Shown here: positions 12,385-26,628 of the stretch, in pieces | Layout: every line of letters begins with the position of its first letter | Numbering within the stretch: the first letter of the stretch is position 1 | NCBI GenBank assembly: GCA_051294375.1 | Contig: CM119264.1 | Coordinates: 26,908,755-26,972,754 of the forward strand | DNA: 64,000 nucleotides | From: Paraspadella gotoi | Lineage: Eukaryota; Animalia; Chaetognatha | Direction of reading: 5' to 3' | Program-made: the position numbers and the translations under genes | Notes under the pieces: generated by a model | What the model was told of the DNA's origin: nothing | Databases searched by the model: none | Seen by the model: only the letters and a program-made list of their open reading frames with translations

Positions 12385-13759
12385 GGTATGGAAAGATCTC
12401 TTCGATCAAGTTGCACACTTAATCCTCAAGTCCTACCTTTCCTTTTCCGGAGGCCAAAAGGGGGGGGGGCTTTCGAATCCTCGTTTTTCTTCCTTCACCG
12501 CGAATCAAGAACTAATTTAATTTTTCCTTTTTTCGTTTTGCTTCCGACTCACCGAGCGTCAAAGACGCGTCGCTTTTTCGGAGTCGAAATGAAAGATGAT
12601 CCAATTATCTCCTAGACAAATGGCGGGCGGAGTGGGATTTTATTTTTATTTCTTTCTCTTTCTTTTTATTTTTAGATTAATTTTCAATGATTGTAGCGAT
12701 GGTAACTATGTCGACTGGCATTACGCTATTACCGATTAGTTATTTGGGACAAGAGTGGGCTTTTATGGTAGTGACAATGCATACTTACCATTCTACCTAG
12801 AATAACAAGCACCAAGTTCAATCACGAAGCGAAGAGGAAAGTCAAAAAAAGGAAAACTGCAAAAATGGCAGATTGTAAAATGGTGACGCCTTCGGCCGAG
12901 GGCGAATGACTCCACGAATGGCGTTGACGCGTGACGCAGTTCGGTTAACATCCAAAAAGGACATATCACCTAACGGTTAATGGTTAATAAAGGGCGAGAA
13001 AATCACGGTATTAGAATTCGGAACGCGAAACGAAAAGAATCTATCGGAGGGAGACTCAAGATTCTCGTTCGAATTTATTGTTTGAAAATTTAAGGTTATC
13101 AACCTCAACTAAAAATTTTAAACATTTTATGGGGATCGGGAAAATTAAGATATTCGCTGCACACAGTGCCCACTGCCCAGTCTTTTTTAAAGCGGATCAA
13201 TTTACGACTCCACTTCCTTTTATTCTACCGTTAAACAAGCGCCATCTTTATCGCGCGAAAAAATCTCTATTACTTAACGTACGCCCTTTCGTGCCGCTTC
13301 TCTTTCGCAATAAAACAAAACAACAACAACGATAGATTCTCGGGAAACTACGACGCAGTAGAAAAAAAAAAACTCTGGATGTCGGCCAGAATTCGGATCG
13401 ACCTTCATCCACGGGCGATGACCTTTTGGAGTAGGTCATCCTCGATGGAGATCCGAGGGTCATCCCAGCCAGCATGTAATCATTTTGTCTCGTTGGGTTA
13501 CCGAGCGTGGGTTGGGTTTGTGTGCGGTTTTTTTCGAGACTCGCTCTCTGTCGGAGTCTCTTTTTTATATATATCGCCGTTGGTTTCTTTCCCCCCCCCC
13601 TTTTTTTTTCCTCCTTTCGAACAAATTTGTTTCTTTATTATAATTTTGCTTTAATTATTGTTATCCATTTATCTCCCAGCTTTATTTCTTTCAAGTCTCC
13701 ACTCTCCAATGAACTTTCATTTTTTCCTCTCATTATTAATATTCCTTATAATTTTCACC

Positions 13760-14500
13760 TCTTTTCTTCTCAACCAATATCATCCTCCTTGCCTCCCTTT
13801 CTTTTTTTCCTCTTTCCTCCTCAGCCAATTCCACATTCCTTTCCTCCCTTTCCTTTTTTCCTCTTTCCTCCTCAGCCAATTCCCAATTCCACCTTCCTTT
13901 CCTCCCTTTCCTTTTTTTCTCTTTCCTCCTTAGCCGATTCCATCTTCCTTTCCTCCCTTTCCTTTTTTCCTCTTTCCTCCTCAGCCAATTCCATCTTCAT
14001 TGTCTCCCTTTCATTTTTTCATCTTTTCTCCTTAGCCGATTCCACCTTCCTTTCCTCCCTTTCCTCCCTTTCCTTTTTTCCTCTTTCCTCCTTAGCCGAT
14101 TCCACCTTCCTTTCCGCCCTTTCCTTTTTTCCTCTTTCCTCCTCAGCCAATTCCATCTTCCTTGTCTCCCTTTCATTTTTTCATCTTTCCTCCTCAGCCA
14201 ATTCCATCTTGCTTGCCTCCCTTTCCTTTTTTCCTCTTTCCTCTTTATCCAATTACATCTTGCTTGACTCCTTTTCCTTTTTTCATCTTTCCTCCTTAGC
14301 TTATTCCATCTTCATTGCCTCCCTTTCCTTTTTCCTCTTTCCTCCTCAACCAATTCCACCTTCCTTGCTTCTCTTTCCTTTTTTCATCTTTCCTCCTCAG
14401 CCAATTCCATCTTCTTTGCCTCCCTTTCCTTTTTTCCTCTTTTCTCCTCAGCCAATTCCATCTTCCTTGCCCCCCTTTCCTTTTTTCCTCCTTCCCCGCT
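13760..14500 (+). repeat. Pyrimidine-rich minisatellite, ~48-bp unit (cctcagccaattccatcttccttgcctccctttcctttttt...)
   Basis: Tandem units visible; explains the spurious 331-aa ORF 13507-14502. Confidence 0.9.
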
Positions 14501-17500
14501 GACCACTTTTTTCGTGGGTTTCGGAGAAGGATGAAGATGAGGAGGAGAGTAACCAAAATAAAAAACCCGCAGTAAGAATCGCGTGCGACCTTTTTTCGTC
14601 GTCTCGTCAAAGAATCCTCTCCCTTACCCCACTCCCTTAATTTTTATCGACCCACCCACACCCCCCACGCTTTTTTTTCGCACTGCCGTACTCTTTGGTT
14701 CAGAGACGCACGGGTCTTGCCTTCGGGGTAATGACCAAACGTAGAATCGAGAAAGACGAAAACAAAACAAGTGAGTAGAGACTCTGGAGTCTCTGGCCTG
14801 TCGGCTCTGAGAAAACTGGGGGATTGTTTACGTCTGAAAAAAAGAAACGGAGCACGTGATTGATGTCACCGTATGAGATCGCGACGTCCAAAGATTAGAA
14901 TAGAGAATAGAGATTCGCTCTCATATCGTACAGGATGGACCCGTTTACTAAATTTCTTCATGACTATGAATATGAACAGGCTATGCCAATGGCACCTTTT
15001 TTAAAAACATTTATTGATTATCGCCTTTCTTTAACGGTTTTTTTATACGATAAGTAATTAAAATTACCCCACTCTATCAATCTATTTTGTTTTTTATCAA
15101 TTCGTCGCGCTGTAAATCCCACTTCAAATGCTTCAATCCCATTAACGAGTTCGTTCCCTCGATTTTTCTCTCTCATCATAATTTGTTATTTTGTTTATCC
15201 CAACTACGACCGCTGCCCGCAAGAGGGTCTCGAATCTAATGGCTTTTGTCGCCGCGATATAGCTTTTGGTTAATTGGTTGGCGAAAGCGCAGCCAATGTA
15301 GTAGTTTGTTTGCCGAATTAAAAAAAAATAGATGTTCGAGTACTGAAGGAAAAGAAAGATAAGGAAAGGAAGTAAATTGAAAGGGGAGAGAAAAAAAAAG
15401 AAAGGAAGAAGAGGAAAGGAAAGGATGCGGGACAAAGAAGACTCGATAAAGGACAATCTTTGTCAATAGACTTTCTCTTTAAATTCACAATCTTCTGCGC
15501 CTGTGGAGTCGAAATTCAAATTTAACCGTTCGTTTTTAATTAGTAGAATGAGATGAAACATAATTTATTCATTTCCTCGTCATTCTCCGCCCTGTTGAAT
15601 CCGCCTCAACTTTCAACCGAGATCTTCTCATCCGGAATCGTCATCCGGGGACCGATCGCTTCATCCGGGGACCGATCGCTTCTTTCTTCCACCATCAGGA
15701 CCTCGAAAACCCAGCTCCCTAACCGACCCCAGCCGTCGCCCCTCTCTCCAGCCAACTCCAGTTGAAATCGTTTTCCACCACGGCAATACATTAAGATTTT
15801 TTTTTTCAAATGCCGCAAAAGAATTCAAACTCGCTTGATATGAGTAACGTGTTATTAATTAAATTATTATTTATTAATTTTCTACCGATATGCGATACTT
15901 TTCGAGCACGGTTCAATTCTTTAGTGGCATTTGAAAAAAATCTTGCTGTATGGAGTTCCCTCCCTTTTCCAATTTCCAGCCGCCGTGCTCTTTGCCCGCC
16001 CTCCTAAAAAAGAACAACAATTATTAGTCATTCATTGCCGCCGCTTAATTGATCATTGTACCCTCCGCTCAATTGATGTACCCCCGAGTCTCTTCGCCAA
16101 TGCATCCATTCTGTTCGATAAACTTGATACCTTTTCGGTTTGCCCCGAACAGTCAAGGCTCTTTTCTCACTTGCAAAAGCCCCTTCAAGGGCCCCTTCAA
16201 GGGCCCCTTCAAGGGCCTTCACCAAACCTTCGTTTCTCTTTCCAACTCAAGAAATCGAAACGGCTTTTTAAATTTAATGAAGATCGCTCTTTCTCGAATT
16301 TCCAACGAGAATTTAACGCCCAATTTTCTATTTTCCTCCAGTATTTTTACTTTTTCTCTTTTCTCTTTTCCTCTCTCTTTCTCTTTCTCTTTTTCGGTCC
16401 CATTGAACGCGGAGCGAACGACGAACGACGACGACGACGACGACGACGAGAATGAAGAGACGACGATAAGAAATATCCCAGATCCCATTGCCTCTATCCA
16501 TCACTTGGTTGGAGGCGTCGTCGTCGTCGTCTTTTTCTCGTCGTCTTCGTCGTCGTCGGCGTCCTTTTCTCGTCGTCGTCGTCGTCGTCGTCGTCGGCGA
16601 GCGTCCCATCTCAGGCGCGTCCTCGTCCGGCTCGAGAGAACTTATCGAGTGCGTCGCTTTTTTTCCTTCCAAGAGCGTCAATTGATACCGTTGCTTTGGT
16701 ATAAGTTATTAGTTTTCTTTTGGAAGCTACGAAGTTTGTAGTATAGTAAATTATGAGTCCTTAATTGCGTTCTATTGGCGTCTGGCGCTAATGTTATTCA
16801 ATTATGATATAGATGCATTTATTGCGACATTTAATTATGATAAAAGTGACATAAGTCTTATTTGAATAAAAAATGGATAAGTTACACCCCACTAATGAGT
16901 ACGCATATTGTAATAAAATAATGTAGTAGGACGGGTTTTTATGTTTCACACAGGGATCACTCTTATCAATAGCGGTAGAAAAGATTGAAAAGTGATAATA
17001 CAACGAAGAAAAAACAGATAATATTATGTGTACGTACATTGGCTATCTTTCAAATATTATTCTCGCTAGATATACAACTATTTAATATAAATATAAATCT
17101 GTCTGTTCTTTGAATTATATGTATATTATATGTGAATTTGATCGATGGAATTCATGATTTTCGCAGTACATTTGCATAGTAATAAATATACTTATTTTAA
17201 AAAAATAGTCTGTTTTTAATATAACTGAACAAATTGCCTATAATTCCTGATATCGCTACTTTTTTCCAATAGATTCCTATCCTTTTCCCTATATTGGGTC
17301 TTAGATTTTTTAACGTTATTGTCTCTTGAATTTGCATAACGGATATATATAAGATGCTATACTATTTAACCTCCTAGTATTTCTCGTAGCAGACGTTTTA
17401 AGCCTTTATTTCCCAGTTTGTAGAAACTATGTTAAACAAATAATTAAAGATACGATAATAGTGACTTATTATATTACGTACATAATTGATTTTACACAGA

Positions 17501-18884
17501 GAGCGAGCTTTCTCGCATCTTCCATAACCAGACAAGACATATTTAGGTCAGGGAAAATCGACAGGCTCCCCTGCATTTTGAAATCTCTAGAAATACATAC
17601 CTCTTCCCAATACTCTGTTCTCTTTCTATTCCTACATATGAGTCCCATCTCTTACGTACCTCTCGCAACATCACCTCATTCCGCGCGTACTGACCATATT
17701 GGTCTACTTTGTTCGTTATTCTATCAAAATTTCGAGTATTCATTTGCCGCTGTGTCCTCTATAAAGAAATAAATCTAATTATAATTGCCCGTCTACCGAA
17801 TTGTACTCACACGATTGGATGAGAATATTATGAACCCGGAAGGCTATCTCTAGACGTCTGCTCCTCGGCTCTCTCCCGTTCTCTCTCTCCCCTCCTCACG
17901 CGCATCTCTCTTCTCTTCTTCGCGCTCTCGTCTCTCTCTCTTTCTCTTTCTCTCAGTCCTTCCCATCTTCTTGCTTCTCCTTGCGGTCGTTCCTCTCAGT
18001 GTCCTTCGCGCCTCTCGTCTTTCTTCCATCTCCTTTCTTCTCTTATCTCTTTACTCTTTTTTTTTCTCTTCTCTTTCTCTCTCTCCTTTTTTCTCCTTCT
18101 GGCATCAATGTCCGAGGCGTCGACCTCGATGTCCAAGGCGTTGCTTTTCGTTTGTCTTGCGGCCTCTCTCTCAATTAAGTCGTCGCTGATCGCAGACCGC
18201 GGTTGTACTATTGGCCAGAGGAGAAGGGAGTTCGATCATGCGAAGNNNNNNNNNNNNNNNNNNNNNNNNNNNNNNNNNNNNNNNNNNNNNNNNNNNNNNN
18301 NNNNNNNNNNNNNNNNNNNNNNNNNNNNNNNNNNNNNNNNNNNNNNNNNNNNNNNNNNNNNNNNNNNNNNNNNNNNNNNNNNNNNNNNNNNNNNAGAGAG
18401 AGAGAGATTTTTGTTCTTTCTCGTGCTGCTCAATGGAATCGTCAATACTGCCATTGTTAAAATTTTCTTCATAGAAGCGAATAAAAAACAAGGTCAATAA
18501 AAAAATTTCTGACAAGAATATAAACCGAACAATTTGTAAAGAAAATAAAAGAAGGTTTGTTTTCATCTTGTTGCAGATTCAAAACATATTTTGTTCTTTC
18601 GGTTTTATTCTTCCCATATTTCTTTCGCTTAATCCAACTTTGTCTTTCTCGCCCAAATCTCTTTCCTCAATTTTGATTCCCGCTTCTTATGTCATTCGTC
18701 TTGCTCTCGCTCTCTCTCTCTTTTCTCTCTCTCNNNNNNNNNNNNNNNNNNNNNNNNNNNNNNNNNNNNNNNNNNNNNNNNNNNNNNNNNNNNNNNNNNN
18801 NNNNNNNNNNNNNNNNNNNNNNNNNNNNNNNNNNNNNNNNNNNNNNNNNNNNNNNNNNNNNNNNNNNNNNNNNNNNNNNNNNNN

Positions 18885-18916
<32 letters not shown>

Positions 18917-19099
18917 ACTATCTACTTCTCTCTCATTCGCTCTCTATCTCCTAAATGGGTTAACAACGAAACTAATGAAATAAAAACATTTTTAGCCGGG
19001 AATAAATAAATCCAAACTGACGTATCATCAATGTTACTCTACATATATTCTCTTCGCAAATTAGCATTCCTCTCTTTTTCTTTACTGTCTGAATCCTGT

Positions 19100-19450
19100 T
19101 TTATCCTCTCATTTTTTTCTTTTCTTCCATCTCACCATCTCTCAATTCCATCCTCTCATTTTTTACCTTTTCTTCTATCTCACCATCTCTCAATTCCATC
19201 CTCTATTTTTTTTCTTTTTTTCCATCTCACCATCTCTCAATTCCATCCTCTCATTTGTTCTCTTTTCTTCCATCTCACCATCTCTCGATTCCATCCTCTC
19301 ATTTGTTCTCTTTTCCTCCATCTCTCCATCTCTCCATCTCTCAATTCCATCCTCTCATTTGTTCTCTTTTCTTCCATCTCACCATCTCTCAATTCCATCC
19401 TCTCATTTGTTCTCTTTTCTTCCATCTCACCATCTCTCAATTCCATCCTG
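19100..19450 (+). repeat. Pyrimidine-rich minisatellite, ~48-bp unit (ccatctcaccatctctcaattccatcctctcatttgttctcttttctt)
   Basis: Tandem units visible. Confidence 0.9.
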
Positions 19451-21533
19451 CCTTTCTTTCTTTTTCTCTATGCTAATTCGAGTAAAGTAATCGGATCTAA
19501 CGTAATGAATTAAATTCAACTCGATCTTGTCTCCATCTCTGCTTCTTAATCTTTTTCTTCTTCCTTTTCTTTCTTTTTTTTTAATTTCGTTTCTCGTTCT
19601 TCGCTTTCTGTTTTCATCTTCTGTTTTCGATCTTCATGTCATAAACATGAAGATGGACGTGAGAGATCTTATTGTCATGTGATTGACATGGTAACGTTGA
19701 AATAATCTACGATAGTTAATGATAAGTGATGTGCTGTGTTGATAGTGATGAAAGGGCCGAAATGATTTTTGACTACATGTTGCAATTGCTTCCACCACAA
19801 ACACGATTGATGACAAAATTATCGATTCGACCGACGCCGATTGTGTCGATGCGACCGCCGACTCGGCCGACTCCGCCGACGCCGCCGACTCCTCCGACGC
19901 AACCCCGAGATGTTTTCAACGCCGACCGCGTGATTTTTCGACGTCGCTCGTCCAAAACAAACGACAACAACGACAACGCTGTCCCGAGAACAGAGAGAGG
20001 AAAAAAAAANNNNNNNNNNNNNNNNNNNNNNNNNNNNNNNNNNNNNNNNNNNNNNNNNNNNNNNNNNNNNNNNNNNNNNNNNNNNNNNNNNNNNNNNNNN
20101 NNNNNNNNNNNNNAGTCGGCATGTTGGGTGAAAATATTATTATGAGCTTCCTGGAAAACAGAATCATCTCCGTTGAGTGTTGAGAGGAAAAAAATAGTGG
20201 GGGAAGCTCACAGGGCGTTAATCGTTCCGTTGTGCTTGGTTCCTTGCTTGCTTTTAAAGCTGGCTCGGATTTCAATTACACAACTTGGCCGTATGTAGCG
20301 AAAGTCGAGTTGCTTTTTTGTTTCTCGTTTTGTTTTCCTTTTTTCCCGCGCGATATANNNNNNNNNNNNNNNNNNNNNNNNNNNNNNNNNNNNNNNNNNN
20401 NNNNNNNNNNNNNNNNNNNNNNNNNNNNNNNNNNNNNNNNNNNNNNNNNNNNNNNNNNNNNNNNNNNNNNNNNNNNNNNNNNNNNNNNNNNNNNNNNNNN
20501 NNNNNNNNNNNNNNNNNNNNNNNNNNNNNNNNNNNNNNNNNNNNNNNNNNNNNNNNNNNNNNNNNNNNNNNNNNNNNNNNNNNNNNNNNNNNNNNNNNNN
20601 NNNNNNNNNNNNNNNNNNNNNNNNNTTTTTTGATAAATCGCGTCACAGAGAGATTAACATTATTTGCGCGATTAAAAGATGACGACCGAGACGATAATCC
20701 GAGCGCGCGACGAAAGCGCATAAGTGTGACGGAACTGCATGCGTGCGACTCACGCGCATGCGCTTGAGCGCAGAGTCTTCGTCGAGGATCGCGACCAAGT
20801 TTTTTTTCTCTTCGTCCCGCGGAGTTCGTTCACCCGACTCTCTTTCTTTTTTTTCTTTTCGCGTTTTTTTTTTTTTTTTTTTAAGAAAGCGTCCCGTTCG
20901 CCGGTTTAGTTTGAGAATTGGAGAACTGAGTCTTTCTATAAATTTTCTTCTAGTTAGTTTCTGTCGTATTGTATCTTCTAGTAGTAAAATTCCGTTCAGT
21001 CAGTCGTTGAATAAGTTTTAAAGTTCGTTTTACAAATTGTTAAGTTCGAAAAGTCTTTCATTGAATTCCTATTTTTTGCAATCATAGTCAATTAGGTGGA
21101 TGGCGTTTTAAAAATAAATTAATATTTTTGCTTGTCCTTTTATTGTCTACCCGATATCGAAACCGTTCTCCCTCCAATAATTCTCGCACTACGCGATGTT
21201 TTTACCGCTAAACGATTTGTTTATGTTTTGTTCCCTCCACCAGAGTCCACCCCTGTTGTCGGTAATGATTTACTCTCTCTTCCGCGACCATCAATAATTG
21301 TTCCTTTTGTTTTGCGCTTTTCAAAAAAAATGTGTTTTTCTCCCTCTTCTCTTTTTCCCGCGAGTAATAATTTCGTCATTTAATACAACGCAATATTTTC
21401 TCATCAAATTTATTTTTTCTGTTTTTCATTTTCTTCTTCTTTTTCTCTCTGAGTTTCCATCCATGGAATTCCGCGCGTCCCGCAGTGTAAAGCACCATGA
21501 TTAGGACGCCAACCTCGGAGGCTCTTGTTTTAC

Positions 21534-21593
<60 letters not shown>

Positions 21594-23317
21594 CTCGTTT
21601 CAGCGTCATTACGCCCTTTCAGACACAACAGTGGAGTGAGATAGACGCTAATTTATTATAGAGAAATCTGAAGTGTGCGTGTGACTGTTTTCGTATGTGT
21701 ATATGAACGTGTATGTTACTGTGTTCGACCGTGCCTTTATCGACATGCATTTGTGTCGATAATAGAAAAAGGGAGACTATGCACCATTNNNNNNNNNNNN
21801 NNNNNNNNNNNNNNNNNNNNNNNNNNNNNNNNNNNNNNNNNNNNNNNNNNNNNNNNNNNNNNNNNNNNNNNNNNNNNNNNNNNNNNNNNNNNNNNNNNNN
21901 NNNNNNNNNNNNNNNNNNNNNNNNNNNNNNNNNNNNNNNNNNNNNNNNNNNNNNNNNNNNNNNNNNNNNNNNNNNNNNNNNNNNNNNNNNNNNNNNNNNN
22001 NNNNNNNNNNNNNNNNNNNNNNNNNNNNNNNNNNNNNNNNNNNNNTTTTTTTTCTGGAGGGTCGACGAAGTTCGACCAGATTTGGTGTCGTTTCGTCAAA
22101 CTCTGACGTTTCTTTATTCTCTCGGTGTCATTTCGTATATATTTTGGGTCGTTTTGTTTCGCTTCTTGCAATGTCTACGCATTGTGTAATCACGTGGCGC
22201 CGTTGTCCAAATAGACTCCCTTTCTGTTGGCCTGAATCGTTTGAAAATGACTCGGGTCGAAAGGGCTATTAGTTTTTTTTAACTTGGATCATTTTTAACT
22301 AACAATGACTTTTGGTCGATTATTTAATTGTGATGGACACGTATCGGGACAACTACATGTTAAACAATGACCGGAACCAAAACTAATAAAAAAAAAAGAA
22401 AAAATAAGTAAACAAAAATATATAACATAACAAAATTGCGAGAAAAAAAATTAGGAATTTACGAAAAATGCAATAAAAACGATAATATTAAGAACCCACC
22501 TCCCTCTCGTCCTTTGGCTGATTAACAANNNNNNNNNNNNNNNNNNNNNNNNNNNNNNNNNNNNNNNNNNNNNNNNNNNNNNNNNNNNNNNNNNNNNNNN
22601 NNNNNNNNNNNNNNNNNNNNNNNNNNNNNNNNNNNNNNNNNNNNNNNNNNNNNNNNNNNNNNNNNNNNNNNNNNNNNNNNNNNNNNNNNNNNNNNNNNNN
22701 NNNNNNNNNNNNNNNNNNNNNNNNNNNNNNNNNNNNNNNNNNNNNNNNNNNNNNNNNNNNNNNNNNNNNNNNNNNNNTCGGCTTACGCGATCGTCTCTCT
22801 CTCCCTCTTTGACGAGGCCCTCTATCGGGCGGAATCGTCACCCTGAAATAATCTCATCGACAGAAACGTGGATTTTTTTTTGTCTTTCGCGCGGCGGNNN
22901 NNNNNNNNNNNNNNNNNNNNNNNNNNNNNNNNNNNNNNNNNNNNNNNNNNNNNNNNNNNNNNNNNNNNNNNNNNNNNNNNNNNNNNNNNNNNNNNNNNNN
23001 NNNNNNNNNNNNNNNNNNNNNNNNNNNNNNNNNNNNNNNNNNNNNNNNNNNNNNNNNNNNNNNNNNNNNNNNNNNNNNNNNNNNNNNNNNNNNNNNNNNN
23101 NNNNNNNAGAGAGTTAGAAAAAAGAAATGGACGGAATGCGAATGAAGGAATACGCAATGACCCGTTGGGTGGCGCTGTTAGCTTTGTCTTTGTCCTTGTT
23201 GTCGTTGTCGTCGTTTGTATTCCTCCATTCTAATAGCAACCTTTCTTTCAGCGACCTCTCATTTTACGTCTTATCTAGTAACGTCTTCTCTATCTTTCAA
23301 CCTCTTCCCCATAATAT

Positions 23318-23365
<48 letters not shown>

Positions 23366-26300
23366 ATTCTCAGTATTTTCTATTCATTGTCTTATCTATC
23401 AACGTCCTTTCACCAAATTCCCTACAGACTCAGTACAAAGTAAATAGCGAAGGTCGACCAACTGCAATCGCCATCATCAATGGTGCAGGAAGCAACTTAA
23501 TTAAAGCGAAGGCTTTGTTGCGTTTAACGGCAGATACAAGTAATCGATACAACAACAACATTCTACACTCAACTGTTATTACTGATAAACTGATAGTAAA
23601 TGTAAATGTAATAATAATAATCCTCAACCTGCCAAACCGCGCTCAAGGATCCCGTCTCCAACGAAGAGACCCGTCCTTCCGTCCCGCGGGCAAAGAAAAA
23701 ATTCCGGAACTGAGAAAGAGGGTTACGGAGTTTGAGCCGAACAAAAGCCGGTGAGGTGTCGGATATAATTTTAAAGAGATATATTCTTTAATTAAATAAC
23801 TGAAACGCAGCTAAATAGAAGACAAAAACATCAAATTAGATATTAGATCCCCTAGGCTGTCTCCCCTTTATAGATAAATTTCAAGTAAGCAACATTTACG
23901 TTTGAATGGGACGACGAAATCTAATGAGATTCTTAATGATTTTAATAATTGCGAAAAAAGATTTACAATCTTAAAAGCATTAAAATTCCTAGATGGACTT
24001 CAAAAATAGGTCTTGACGGAACTTTCTCACGAATTTGTGTTATTCCGATGGCAAGCTTCGACGGTACGGAATGACTGCATATATAAAAAAATCTAACATC
24101 GATCGTTTCAGATTGCAATGTATCATAATGCTTGCAAATCCCATGTCGTTCCGCTCCAACATGCAAAACAGTTTTAATTGAAAATCAGGAGGACCATGGG
24201 GACAGTATTCCAAAATTGAACTAACAGCGTGCCACGATTAGCACTCAGACTGAAGATTTAATTGTTAGAGAGTCAGGCGAAAACATTTGACCAGGAAAAA
24301 AAAAAAATTTAATGTTTACTGATCTATGACAATATTACGTGGATAAATGATCTGGGTACTATGGTTTCAAATCTTTTGAAAATTTTAGACTAAAAGAAAA
24401 TCCGTTCCCTTCTAATATTTCAGTATAGGCCGTCACGTTCCGGTCACCGAAGCCCGGCGGATTCGCAAAGGTCGTGGCATTGAAGCCGCGACACAGAATA
24501 TTCAGAACCTATTTCACTTGGGGCCTCCAGCATTGGTTTAAAATTGCCTGAAGCTGATTGGCCAACGAACATATCAATATCTCAGAATCATTTCTAAAAG
24601 TTAAGTGAAAAATCCGAATCACAACCTCACTCAAAAAGCTGGAAAATTATCGTCTCTCAATTTCGTCCACACTCACTACCAGTACCTTGTGAAACCTCAA
24701 GCATCGCTGCATACTTCAATCCCGAATGACCGACAAAGATGCACAGGTCCGAAAATCCGCTCCTGATTGGCCCTCCGACCCCGCGACATTGGAAAAGACA
24801 TTTCCTCCTGCCTGACCTGCAAGAAGAACTCATTACAGGTTGTGACCTTTATTGGCGCATACACACGAAAACATAATTCATCTCTGATCCAAATTTAATT
24901 TTTACATTTTCACAGCATTTTATTCCCTGTTGAATTAATATATCTGGGAGCAACACAAAGAATACTCCCATCACTTGGATGTTGTAATTAATTTCGATGA
25001 TGTCAATGGTGCTTAAAAGACGGAAAAAGTGAAACTTTTCCTTAAAAGGGTAAGAGAATAAGTTATGTTATGAAGCAATTATTCAATTCAAAAATTATTT
25101 GAAATCGTAAAAGGAATAACCCCCGCTCACTTAAATATAAAATAAAATTACAGCTGAAAACTTAAAATCAGCCAAACTTAATAATTAAATCTGTTAATTA
25201 AGACATTTTTTCAAAGAAATGACGGAACTTTTTAAACTTGGAGTCTTTTCTCCTGACTCTTCACAATGAAAATTAAGAACAAAAATTCTAATATTGTTTC
25301 ATTAGTCCCCATATTCTGACAATTGGCTGTTTAAGTAACAGGACGAGACTATGAAATAGTAATACTCTTGATTAATGAATCTAAATTCCCTCCTATACTT
25401 CCTAAAAGGATGAAGTTGTACAATCTTTAATACGTTAATGAACATTATCATTATTTCATGCGGAACTCCTGGGCGCCACCCTTTCATTCTTTAAAAAAAA
25501 ACAATTTTCTCATTTTAGGAGACGATCCTGATGTGGCAATTGTTATCATAATGTTATCTGTCAAAGAATTCAAAGCCCACAATTTCAAAAGATGGCAAGA
25601 TTATCCACGTCGCGAATTGAAATCGACTATTTCCATTTCTACACTAGCGCCTGGAGTGGTTTGACCGTACAAAGTAAAACAAGCAGGTAGAGGCACAATT
25701 CAAAAATATAATTTACCTCTTTTACATGTTTAAACGAGGGTATTGCATTGAAATCTTAACCGTGATATGAAGTCAGCCGCTGTATCATGCTATCATGCGT
25801 TTTAAAAATCATTTCCTGGTTTAAAAAATATGTATCAGATAATGGTACTAACTTCGTTGTGCTGATAGAGAAATAAAACGCGAATTTCACCTCATTCAGA
25901 ATGACGAAAAGTTTGGGGCGAAGAGATCGCGAAGCACCAAATCTCCTGGACCTTTGGCCCTCCTCTGCGTCTGCATTGGGGGGAGTCTGGGGAACGCCGC
26001 CGTAGGAATGACAAAAAAGCATCTCAAAGCAGCTTTACCAAGTGATTAGATATTGATACATTTTCTACTAATCTTGGCTGAAATATCAGGCAATTCTTAA
26101 TCGCCGTCCTCTCACTTATTTCAAGGATATAATGCACCAGAGGTTCTTTCTCCTTTAAACCCTGTTATACCTTATTTACATGCTTCATCTGCAGTTATAT
26201 AATTCCTATTCTCCTTCGAAGTACAACCACTACGTGCCTCTTGGGAAATGCGTAAGGAAATCATTGAAAAATTTCTGGCGTCGCTGGTCGTACCGAAATA

Positions 26301-26628
26301 CGTAACTTCACTGCAGAAGCGATGTAAATGGTTTTCTTCTCAGACTCTTTAATCCGCTGGACGTGTTGTTATTACTTATGGACCCTATCAATGGCTCGCG
26401 AAACAGGGGTGGAAATTTAGGTGTGATAACTGAAGTCTGGGTGATGGCATCACCCACACGCGAAGACGATACCGTGGGAAACTCGCCAACAAAAAAACAC
26501 TTGCGTCGTCACCTAAAATCTTTAATCCCTTAGAACTCGATCCCTGAATTTGAATTCTTATTGCACACATCTACTTCTCTTGAAATGCGCGTATTTTTAT
26601 TGCATAACCATTAAAATTTTAAATTCAG

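Noticed and set aside
13507-14502. 331-aa F/S/L/P-rich ORF
   Set aside because: Translation of a pyrimidine minisatellite.
21673-21686. Partial miR-210-like (GTGCGTGTGAC) and miR-34-like (TGGCAGTGTGG at 31551) strings
   Set aside because: Only ~11-nt matches with no precursor hairpin; they sit in low-complexity context.
18108-23233. ORFs containing X runs
   Set aside because: Artefacts of N assembly gaps.
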